Position numbers and translations under genes: made by a program. From an uncultured Syntrophaceae bacterium (GTDB lineage: Bacteria; Desulfobacterota; Syntrophia; Syntrophales; PHBD01): DNA of 64,000 nucleotides. Below the pieces are notes generated by a model. It had not been told where the DNA came from and searched no databases. It saw only the letters and a program-made list of their open reading frames with translations. The stretch lies in contig CAZLFA010000007.1 in NCBI GenBank assembly GCA_964558665.1, forward strand, positions 15,266 through 79,265. Reading direction: 5' to 3'. Below, piece by piece: positions 1-8,404 of this stretch; position 1 is the first letter of the stretch, and the number at the start of each line of letters is the position of its first letter.

Positions 1-988
1 TTAATTTGCATGGGACCTCTGAAATTGATGTATGGGTTACAGACTATAAAATCGGACACCCGGCTCATCGTGTCGTAATATTCCTGCGGATTGTCACGGA
101 TGGCAGGCCATATCGTACATAGCCGCACTTGAGGCAGAAGGCTGCATGCCTTTCCGCGCTCTTCCAGTAAATGCGCCAGGCGGTTATAATTTTCCTCGAA
201 TACGGCGGGATGACGAATAGATTCATAAACCTTTCCGATCCCATCGAATGATACGGAGATATAATTGACCCGATTCTTAATAAGGCAAATGATCATATCG
301 TCGTCAAGATAGAATGCATTAGTTAAAAAAGATACATTACGGACCCTGTGCGTGGCGTAAGCAATCATTTCCTGAATGCGAGGATGCGTAAGTGTTTCTC
401 CTCGCCACGAAAGTCGTATTGAAAAACAATCATTGGCAGCGCATTCGTCCACGGCCTTCTTGAACAGACTCAAATCCATCTGACCGGTGGACTTCATCTG
501 GTCTCGGTAACACATGGGACAATTCATGTTGCACGTGCTGGCGGATTCCAGGTCGACGTGCAAGGGGAAGGGCATAACATATTTGTTTATCGGGGCAATA
601 TACCAGTTGATACGATTGAAAAAATAATTGATGAAGTGCCCCTGGCGCAAAATGAACATCCAATGCCGGTAAGGAGTGTCGAAGGGCTTCTGATGGAAGT
701 TGATCTGTAAACCTCCTGCCTGGCTTTCGCTGCCGACGGCACTTTGAATGACTTCCCTTTGCAGCATGGCTGCTTTCCCGGGTAGAGTATCTTCAATCAT
801 TTCCAGAAATGACATAAGCGGGCCTTCCATGCCGGAGATATGTCCGTTGGTATTCCTCCGCATGCTCATCCCGTGGTTCAAGACCAATTGAGACAGTTTC
901 TGGAATTCCTGCTCCTGTTCTATCAGATGATCGATGGGCAGATCGAATGCTATATCTACTTTACTGTCATTGAAACTGATCTTCAACA
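1..988 (-). CDS. Radical SAM enzyme, C-terminus cut by the window edge (absent from the ORF track because no stop codon lies inside the window)
   Basis: Hand translation of the minus strand from ATG 988..986 stays open to nt 1: MLKISFNDSKVDIAFDLPIDHL...PFPLHVDLESASTCNMNCPMCYRDQMKSTGQMDLSLFKKAVDEC...IRLSWRGETLTHP. It has the CxxxCxxC cluster motif (CNMNCPMC). The start codon abuts the stop (989..991) of the upstream GNAT gene. Confidence 0.8.
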
Positions 989-1723
989 TTAACTGTTCTT
1001 TTTCCTCCATGAATGCAGGATATAGCGGACTTCGCATATTGTGAAGCCTGCAGCCTGATAGAGTTGATTGGCGGGTATGTTGCAGTTCGATGTTTCGACA
1101 AAAATCCGGTGGTAAGATCCGAAGGCCTTAGTCACAGCGGCTAGGAGATCCTTCCCTATGCAGGACCTGCGATAATCCTTTAGGACGCCAACTATATGAA
1201 GATAAGCAGTTTGCCTGCCTGATAAATTGACAGTGACCAGTCCGGCTTCTTTTCCTTTTATGAATGCTACAGCAAGCTTCTCGGCCCTGCCACAGCAATG
1301 GTTTTTGATGGATTCCCTCCAAAGCCGTTGTGCTTTTTCACGAGGGATATTGGAATCTCTATAGAAACGGCTGTATATCATTTCTGTCGCAAGGGGGATA
1401 AAAGGGGCAGGATTCCAGCAATCAACCAGTTGAATATCTGTGATTCCCCGATTGCGCGGCGAATTTTGAAAGAAATAGGTGTATTCCGTGTCGATCAAAT
1501 CGGCCGGTCCTTTGATAAGCCGGTTGACTACTCCGGTCATGCATGCCGGTAGCTTGATCGATACCAGTTCAAAATCCGAACATGTATGGAGTAGATATAG
1601 AATTCGGTCAGTCAGCCGCTGTTCGTCTATGCCGTTGCGGATGTCAATGCCGCCGCAACGGATGCCTAGCTGTTCCGTATCCCACTCAAGATTTATCAAT
1701 TCGGGGGTATTGTTAATGCCCAT
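989..1723 (-). CDS. GNAT-family N-acetyltransferase, WecD-like (NDP-4-amino-4,6-dideoxyhexose acetyltransferase type)
   Basis: 244-aa ORF. The C-terminal GNAT core (AYLHIVGVLKDYRRSCIGKDLLAAV...FVETSNCNIPANQLYQAAGF) and N-terminal LEWDTEQLG segment resemble WecD-type enzymes. It sits in a sugar-tailoring operon. Confidence 0.65.
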   Translation of the reverse strand: MGINNTPELINLEWDTEQLGIRCGGIDIRNGIDEQRLTDRILYLLHTCSDFELVSIKLPACMTGVVNRLIKGPADLIDTEYTYFFQNSPRNRGITDIQLVDCWNPAPFIPLATEMIYSRFYRDSNIPREKAQRLWRESIKNHCCGRAEKLAVAFIKGKEAGLVTVNLSGRQTAYLHIVGVLKDYRRSCIGKDLLAAVTKAFGSYHRIFVETSNCNIPANQLYQAAGFTICEVRYILHSWRKKNS

Positions 1724-1727
1724 TTAG

Positions 1728-2414
1728 TTATGACAGCAAGGTGTGAGTGTCCGGCACCATCATAAGTGCATCAAGGACTGAGAGCATTGGTTCGAAGCAG
1801 CCGTAGAGCTGTTTGTAAACCGGGTGTGAGTAATTCTGCCATACAACACGAATCGACGCATGCCTGAAAAGACTTTCATCAAGATAACCCTTAGAACCCA
1901 GCCCAGTAATATATGTATCAGCGCCGACAGACTGTGCAAGATAAAGCAGACGTTCCGTTCCTTTGAGCAGACCTGCGCCGAGCTCGGAAGCAAGGCATAA
2001 TGGCGTTGTTATATGAAGGGCCTGAGCACACCTGGTAAGCAGATCCATATTGAGATCGATAAGAAGACTAGGGCATCTTTCAAAAGCTGCTTCTAGGCAT
2101 GGAAAAATCTGAGTGAAACAGGGGGATTTTGAATAGGCAGCTTTAACCAGGGGCAAGGGGTGTTTATCACTCTGCTGATCCAGTTCTACCTCGTTGACAA
2201 GCTGAAAATAGCGCCCGCTTTTTTTTACCGGCACTGTCAGCCATTTAACTCCTTGGACAGTTTTGATCTTGTCACGATGTTGCCAGCCGCGTCTTATGAA
2301 TTGCACATCATCAAGGACGATAAACAAGTCGCTCCCTTTCCAGCGTTCGAAAAAACCCAGCCAAGGAAGGAAATCTGGTTGGTGAATAGTTACAATCACG
2401 ATTTTGATTTGCAA
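1728..2414 (-). CDS. WbqC-family protein (glycan-cluster protein of unknown biochemical function)
   Basis: The N-terminus VTIHQPDFLPWLGFFERWKGSDLFIVLDDVQFIRRGWQHRDKI...WLTVPVKK matches the WbqC-like family signature as I recall it (PF08889). Confidence 0.7.
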   Translation of the reverse strand: MQIKIVIVTIHQPDFLPWLGFFERWKGSDLFIVLDDVQFIRRGWQHRDKIKTVQGVKWLTVPVKKSGRYFQLVNEVELDQQSDKHPLPLVKAAYSKSPCFTQIFPCLEAAFERCPSLLIDLNMDLLTRCAQALHITTPLCLASELGAGLLKGTERLLYLAQSVGADTYITGLGSKGYLDESLFRHASIRVVWQNYSHPVYKQLYGCFEPMLSVLDALMMVPDTHTLLS

Positions 2415-3052
2415 AGTAGAAACATGCTGTCAGATTGATCCAGATCAAGATAAGGAAATCGTTTTTCTTTGATAATGGAAAGATCCGGAAAGTGTTTCAA
2501 ATAGAGCTGTACAAAATTACCCCGCCACAATAGATCCTTCCGGCCCCTATAGACGATGTTTTCATGAACGGCACTGTAGTATTCATAGCCCCAAATATAT
2601 GACTTCGTACACCGGTAGATTTCAGACAGGGTTGTCTCTATATCCATGGGATGGATGTGAATGAGAACTCCGGAAGTGAAGACGAGATCGAAAAAATTGT
2701 CTTTAAAGGGAATATCGAAAGCCGTTCCGCGGACAAAATGAATTCCCTGTGTACGTTCACATGCCAAATTAATTGCATTGTACTGTACATCAATTCCGTA
2801 GAGCCTTGAAAATCCCATCTTCTGCAGCAGAACAAGCTGGTTGGCCACATTGGAACCAACCTCCAGGATGGCTATGTTACGATCGAGATTACCCAGAAAT
2901 TCTTCGTTCAATTGCGATCTGGTCAAGCCAAGATTTGATTGAAAGAGGACATCCGTTTCTTCCGGAGAACGCAGGTTTCGATCAGTGTAATTCTTACCGA
3001 ATTCATTAGACCAAGCCTGCATCTGTAGAGGAATATTTTGCATATATGTCAA
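2396..3052 (-). CDS. Class I SAM-dependent methyltransferase, pseudaminic-acid-biosynthesis-associated methylase type
   Basis: WSNEFGKNYTDRN N-terminal segment plus SAM motif I ILEVGSNVANQL, about 218 aa. The 3' end overlaps the wbqC-like start by 19 nt. Confidence 0.65.
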   Translation of the reverse strand: MTYMQNIPLQMQAWSNEFGKNYTDRNLRSPEETDVLFQSNLGLTRSQLNEEFLGNLDRNIAILEVGSNVANQLVLLQKMGFSRLYGIDVQYNAINLACERTQGIHFVRGTAFDIPFKDNFFDLVFTSGVLIHIHPMDIETTLSEIYRCTKSYIWGYEYYSAVHENIVYRGRKDLLWRGNFVQLYLKHFPDLSIIKEKRFPYLDLDQSDSMFLLCKSKS

Positions 3053-3088
3053 ACTCTACGAATCCATATTCATGATTTGTCGGACCTA

Positions 3089-3715
3089 CTATATGAGATA
3101 ACGGACCAGTTCAAAACACTCGGCATATTTCACGCCAATTTTCTGTCCGTCGTTTTCATGTTGTTTGATGAAGAAGTCCAACCACTGATAACGTACCCGT
3201 TCAAGCTCTGATTTATGGGCCTTGATCACTTCTATCTTTTTGTCCATTACCAGGGTAATATCAGAATAGAAATTACCTTGAAACTGCTGCTCAGTATCAT
3301 AGAAATTACTGCGGTACATCAGAAATCGCGGCACATGTCGAGCCGCCATAAGTGTACTTCGTCCGGCATATTGATGGTCGCGATGTAAGTCTCCAACCCA
3401 GTGACTGTAGACTATGTCAATTTCAAATTTCTCAATAAAGTTTGTCAGTAAAACACCTAGATGGTCGTCAAAAGGAACATTAAAAGTTTTATAATCTAAG
3501 CATATTAACTCGGCTTCAATAATAGCTGCAGCTATACTGCCTTCATTCATCGCCTCTTCCCTGGTACGAATGATTTTTCCATCGGGACCTTCATAGGAGG
3601 AGTCTGTAATAACTATCATAATAACTTTATCGCCGTTCATCACGTGTTTTATCAACGTTCCGCTGCAACCAAGTTCAAGATCGTCATAATGTGCTCCTAC
3701 ACCTAATATGTTCAT
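3089..3715 (-). CDS. PIG-L/LmbE-family deacetylase
   Basis: MNILGVGAHYDDLELGCSGTL (AHxDD motif) and a later HRDH motif; 208 aa. Confidence 0.8.
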   Translation of the reverse strand: MNILGVGAHYDDLELGCSGTLIKHVMNGDKVIMIVITDSSYEGPDGKIIRTREEAMNEGSIAAAIIEAELICLDYKTFNVPFDDHLGVLLTNFIEKFEIDIVYSHWVGDLHRDHQYAGRSTLMAARHVPRFLMYRSNFYDTEQQFQGNFYSDITLVMDKKIEVIKAHKSELERVRYQWLDFFIKQHENDGQKIGVKYAECFELVRYLI

Positions 3716-3783
3716 TTCACAATCCTTTCATCTTTATGATGAATATTTTCTGATTCCAGGCAAAAAGAAATACTTACGATTGG

Positions 3784-4929
3784 TTAGTTAATAAAGCTGG
3801 AAACTGCTTTACATACAAACGTTACGTCATCTTTAGTCATGCCTGGATACATAGGTAGCGTTACCAGGCGATCAGATATTTTTTCTGTTAATGGCAGAAA
3901 TCCCTTATAATGCGGAAATTGACGTAGAAAGTAATTAAATAAGTGAATAGGTGGGTAATGAATGCTTGACTGTATCCCCACTGTTTTTAAGTATGCCATT
4001 AATTCAGTTCTCTTGTGGCTATCATTAAGAAGAATGGGAAATAGATGGTGCGAAACAGTATCTGTACTATTGCTGAAAGGTATTTTGATTTCTTTTATCA
4101 AATTAAACCTGTCTCTGTAATGAGAGAATACTCGTTTGCGTTCGGTGTTATTGCTGGACAGCTTTTTTAATTGAACAATACCTAATGAGGCTCGCATTTC
4201 ATCCATTCGATAGTTAAAACCCAGATCCGAGACGTCATATGTAAATGCATGACCTTGATGTCGATCCCATGTCACGCTGCTCATGCCATGTGAGCGCAAG
4301 AGCCTAATCCTGTCGGCGATCTGGTCATTATTGGTGGTAACCATACCGCCTTCGCCAGTAGTCATATTCTTATTTGAAAAGAAACTGAAGCAGCCGGCGT
4401 CTGAGACAGCACCGCAGCTTTTTTCTCTGTAACGTGATCCCAATGCATGAGCACAATCTTCTATTACATAGAGATTGCTCTTTTGGGCTATGCTGCATAT
4501 GCTTTCCATGTCGCATGGATAACCACCATAATGAACTACAATAATAGCTTTTGTTTTTTTTGTTATTTTTCTTTCGATATCTGAAGGAGATATATTCAAA
4601 TCGGACGAAGAAGAGATGTCGGCAAATACAGGTTTTGCCCCTGTGTAGATAATGGAATTAGCCGTTGCTACAAAAGAGAAGGATGGACAGATTACTTCAT
4701 CATCGTTTTTAAGGTTGATTGCGAGATTGGCAAGATGTAAAGCTGCTGTTCCACTGGATAGAGCGATGGCATGTTTTGTACCAATGTATTCGGCAAATTG
4801 GCGTTCAAATTCTTGACATGTTTCCCCCATTGTCAGCCAGCCGGAATCCAGGACTGCTTCGACAGCAGCTTTTTCCCGTTCATCAAAAGATGTATTGAAA
4901 ATAGGTATTTTCCAGAACGGCGTATCCAT
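3784..4929 (-). CDS. DegT/DnrJ/EryC1/StrS-family PLP-dependent sugar aminotransferase
   Basis: 381 aa, with a GWLTMGETCQEFE N-terminal motif and the PLP-lysine region CFSFFSNKNMTTGEGG. Confidence 0.9.
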   Translation of the reverse strand: MDTPFWKIPIFNTSFDEREKAAVEAVLDSGWLTMGETCQEFERQFAEYIGTKHAIALSSGTAALHLANLAINLKNDDEVICPSFSFVATANSIIYTGAKPVFADISSSSDLNISPSDIERKITKKTKAIIVVHYGGYPCDMESICSIAQKSNLYVIEDCAHALGSRYREKSCGAVSDAGCFSFFSNKNMTTGEGGMVTTNNDQIADRIRLLRSHGMSSVTWDRHQGHAFTYDVSDLGFNYRMDEMRASLGIVQLKKLSSNNTERKRVFSHYRDRFNLIKEIKIPFSNSTDTVSHHLFPILLNDSHKRTELMAYLKTVGIQSSIHYPPIHLFNYFLRQFPHYKGFLPLTEKISDRLVTLPMYPGMTKDDVTFVCKAVSSFIN

Positions 4930-4939
4930 TATGTTGAAC

Positions 4940-5662
4940 TTACCAATCTGTGTCCGGTAGAAACTTCTTTTTCATGGTGTTAAACATCTCTTGTGCCTCG
5001 TGATAATCATCATGGCGCCCGATGTCCAGCCAGTAATCATCAGATGGGTATCCGTAGACTTTTTCTCCATTTCTGATTAGTTTTATGACCAGATCCGGAA
5101 AATCAAGAAATTTATCAGGTTCTATATATTTGAGTACTTCAGGCTCGTACACGTATACTCCCATACTTACCGGATATATTTTTTCAGGTTTTTCCAAATA
5201 GGATGTAAGTAAATAGTTTTCGTCAGCCTCAATTACTCCAAGATCTATCTTAATTTTTTTCATGTACATGCCGATTGTCATGATTCCGCGCTTCTCCTTG
5301 TGATAGGTAATCAGTTTAGAATAATCTAAGGCTGTGAGGATATCACCATTCATGACAAGAAATGTATCATTCATGTCTGTTAAGAGACCCAATGACCCTG
5401 CCGTGCCCATAGGCTTTTTTTCTTTGATGTAGGAAATGTTGACACCACTCATTTGACCGTTGAGGTTCTGGAAATATGCCTGTATCAGTTCAGCTAGATG
5501 GCCTACTATGAGAGTAATATCGTTAATGCCATGATTTGCAAGTTGGCGAATAATAATGTCAATTATTGGTTTCTCTCCGAGAGGCACTAAAGGTTTGGGA
5601 AAAACTGTTGTGAAGGGTGCCAGCCTTGTGCCTCTGCCGCCTGCGAGAATTATTGCACGCAT
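4940..5662 (-). CDS. Sugar-1-phosphate nucleotidyltransferase
   Basis: MRAIILAGGRGTRLAPFTTVFPKPLVPL (G-x-G-T-R-L signature); 240 aa. Confidence 0.85.
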   Translation of the reverse strand: MRAIILAGGRGTRLAPFTTVFPKPLVPLGEKPIIDIIIRQLANHGINDITLIVGHLAELIQAYFQNLNGQMSGVNISYIKEKKPMGTAGSLGLLTDMNDTFLVMNGDILTALDYSKLITYHKEKRGIMTIGMYMKKIKIDLGVIEADENYLLTSYLEKPEKIYPVSMGVYVYEPEVLKYIEPDKFLDFPDLVIKLIRNGEKVYGYPSDDYWLDIGRHDDYHEAQEMFNTMKKKFLPDTDW

Positions 5663-5680
5663 ATCATTACACCCAGAACC

Positions 5681-6688
5681 TCATATGTTATAAATGGATG
5701 GTTTGTAAAATGGCCTGAATTTTGCGTTATTGAACCATTGTATAGTTTCATGCAATCCTCTCTTTAGTCCTTCATAACCCTGATATTCTGGTTTCCATCC
5801 CAGTATTTCCTTTGCACGACTATTATCCGCCCAAAGACGTCCAACTTCACTGGAATCCGGTCTGAGACGAGATGAATCAGTTTCTATATGAACAGGAACA
5901 TTCATAATTTCTGATATAAGCTTTACGAGATCTCCTATGGATATTTCATAGTTACTTCCAATATTAAAAACTTTACCTATAGATCTCTCAGATAGCAACA
6001 CACTTATAAATCCATTCACTGTGTCTCTTACGTAGTTAAAATCACGAGTAGGATGGAGTGCGCCTAACCTGATTTTTGTCCTTTTAGCGATTATCTGAGT
6101 TATTATAGTTGGGATAATAGCTCTTGCAGACTGACGAGGTCCGTAAGTGTTGAAGGGACGAATAATTGATACTGGAATTTTATACGAATGGAAAAACGAT
6201 AATGCAAGCTGGTCTGCTCCGATCTTCGAAGCTGCATATGGTGATTGTGCTTGTAAGGGATGAATTTCTGTTATTGGAACAAAATTTGCTGTTCCGTATA
6301 CTTCGCTAGTTGAAGTATGTACTATTTTAGCTAATCCAGTTTCAAGAGCACACTGGAGAATATTCATCGTCCCTTTGATGTTGGTATCAATAAAGGAGTC
6401 TGGAGATTCATATGAGTAGGGAATACTAATAATTGCTGCAAGGTGTAGTACCGCGTCACAGCCAATCATTGATTTTTTCACACTTATCGGATCACGAATA
6501 TCACCGAAGTGGAAGTCGATGCTTGATTTTATTTCTTTTGCTGATTGTTCTAACCATCCCAGAGAATTCAACGAATTATATCTTATAAAGGCTCTTATGG
6601 AGAATCCTCTCTTGATCAATTCTTCAACAAGATGTGAACCTATGAAGCCGCCAGCACCAGTAACCAGGATTTTTTTTAAATAGGCCAT
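5681..6688 (-). CDS. NAD-dependent NDP-sugar 4,6-dehydratase/epimerase (extended SDR)
   Basis: Rossmann motif VTGAGGFIGSHL and catalytic SPYAASK (YxxxK); 335 aa. Confidence 0.85.
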   Translation of the reverse strand: MAYLKKILVTGAGGFIGSHLVEELIKRGFSIRAFIRYNSLNSLGWLEQSAKEIKSSIDFHFGDIRDPISVKKSMIGCDAVLHLAAIISIPYSYESPDSFIDTNIKGTMNILQCALETGLAKIVHTSTSEVYGTANFVPITEIHPLQAQSPYAASKIGADQLALSFFHSYKIPVSIIRPFNTYGPRQSARAIIPTIITQIIAKRTKIRLGALHPTRDFNYVRDTVNGFISVLLSERSIGKVFNIGSNYEISIGDLVKLISEIMNVPVHIETDSSRLRPDSSEVGRLWADNSRAKEILGWKPEYQGYEGLKRGLHETIQWFNNAKFRPFYKPSIYNI

Positions 6689-6897
6689 AAAGATATGTCT
6701 GCCGTCACTGCCGTCCCAAATAATCTAAAATCATCTATTTGCCATGAGACCTTTGCATAACTCATCAATTTTTCATTAGCATTAAATAATTTAGTGCTTT
6801 GCGATGAACTCTATCGAATATATAAGATATTGATAATTATTAACATTAAGTTTGGCTTGGCTTATTATCTGTATAAGCTTTATTCACACATCTTGAG

Positions 6898-7872
6898 TCA
6901 GCGGTTCAGGTCTTGTCGATGCCATTTACAGGCCGTTTCAACTATATTGTCAATGCCTGAATACTGGGGTATCCAATTCAGGATCGAGGATGCCTTGCTG
7001 TTTGATCCCCGCAAAAAGGGGACATCGCCTTCACGCCTCGGACTCTCTATAGTTTTTATGGTCCTTCCCGTAATCGCCTGTACAGCACTTATAATTTCTT
7101 TTACCGAGTATCCTTTGTTATTGCCGATATTGAAGGAGTCGCTACTATTTGAAGCGCTCAAGTGTGATAGTGCTTTTATATGCGCATCGGCCAGGTCGTC
7201 GACGTGAACGTAATCCCTGATACATGTGCCGTCAGGAGTGGGATAATCATTACCGAAGATTTCCAGATGATCCTTTTTACCCAGTGCTGCGTGTATGGCA
7301 AGGGGAATCAAATGGGTTTCAGGGGTATGCCTTTCCCCTATCTCTCCACACGGGTTCGCGCCGGCTGCGTTGAAGTACCTGAGATTTATATGCTTCATTC
7401 CATAGGCATGATCATAGTCCTGAAGAATCTGTTCAATCATTGCTTTGCTTTTGGCATAAGGACTAACAGGACGTTGAGGATGATCTTCAGTTATTGGAAC
7501 TTCGTCAGGGATGCCATATATCGCGCATGATGAAGAAAAAATAAACTTTTTTATATTATATTTGAGCATTGCATTGAGCAGGTTAATAGTGTTGACGAGA
7601 TTGTTTCCATAATAGCTCGAAGGATCAAAAACGGAATCTCCGACGTTAATGCTGCCTCCAAAATGCATGACGGATTCTATTGCGTGATGCTGGAAGCAGA
7701 GGTTTATCTGCTCAGGACAGGCCAGGTCTCCCAATATGAAGGTTCCCCACTTCAGAAAATCACTATGGCCTTTACTCAGGTTGTCGAAGACGATTGTTTT
7801 GTAACCCTTATCTGTAAGACGCTTGTTCACATGCGAACCGATGTAGCCTGCACCGCCGACAAGTAGAATCAA
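6898..7872 (-). CDS. galE: UDP-glucose 4-epimerase
   Basis: VGGAGYIGSH, SPYAKSK and the NLRYFNAAGA motifs typical of GalE; 324 aa. Confidence 0.8.
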   Translation of the reverse strand: MILLVGGAGYIGSHVNKRLTDKGYKTIVFDNLSKGHSDFLKWGTFILGDLACPEQINLCFQHHAIESVMHFGGSINVGDSVFDPSSYYGNNLVNTINLLNAMLKYNIKKFIFSSSCAIYGIPDEVPITEDHPQRPVSPYAKSKAMIEQILQDYDHAYGMKHINLRYFNAAGANPCGEIGERHTPETHLIPLAIHAALGKKDHLEIFGNDYPTPDGTCIRDYVHVDDLADAHIKALSHLSASNSSDSFNIGNNKGYSVKEIISAVQAITGRTIKTIESPRREGDVPFLRGSNSKASSILNWIPQYSGIDNIVETACKWHRQDLNR

Positions 7873-8404
7873 TGAGTGTCTCCTTTAGAAAGCTCCGCTT
7901 GGTCGTTTCCAGTTTGATCTTTGGAAGCAACCCGGAAGGTTCATCATTCTTTCATCACAGCAGGCAGATGAACCGATTATTAATGATTGTTTAGTCACGT
8001 AATGCTGTTAATAACAAAACGCTACATAATTAAGCAATTACCATGCCCATTTACATTGATGTTGTTGAGCTAACTGCTGAATGGGATTGAAAAACATCCG
8101 GCATGCGATGGCAGGAGTTTCGGTAAAGCCACTTTCACTGCTTGTTATTCTGTAAGATATTGAAAGCAAACAGCATATTGCAGTTACAACATCGATAAAA
8201 GATTATAGACAATTCTTTTATTATGATATCGGCATCTGCAGGAAAAAATTTATAATTTTCATTTTCTTGACTTGTTTCATGCAATAAGCCATTTATATTG
8301 CAATTGTCTGATGCGATTTATTCAGCATTCATCCTTTATCAAAAGGTCTTTTGCGTCATTATATTGACGATGCAGGATGGAAAATTGAACAATTTCATAG
8401 CTAA

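Noticed and set aside
6794-7207. 137-aa plus-strand ORF spanning the SDR-galE gap and the galE 3' end.
   Set aside because: It mostly overlaps galE in antisense. The remainder is an AT-rich intergenic tract. Its composition is atypical for a real protein.
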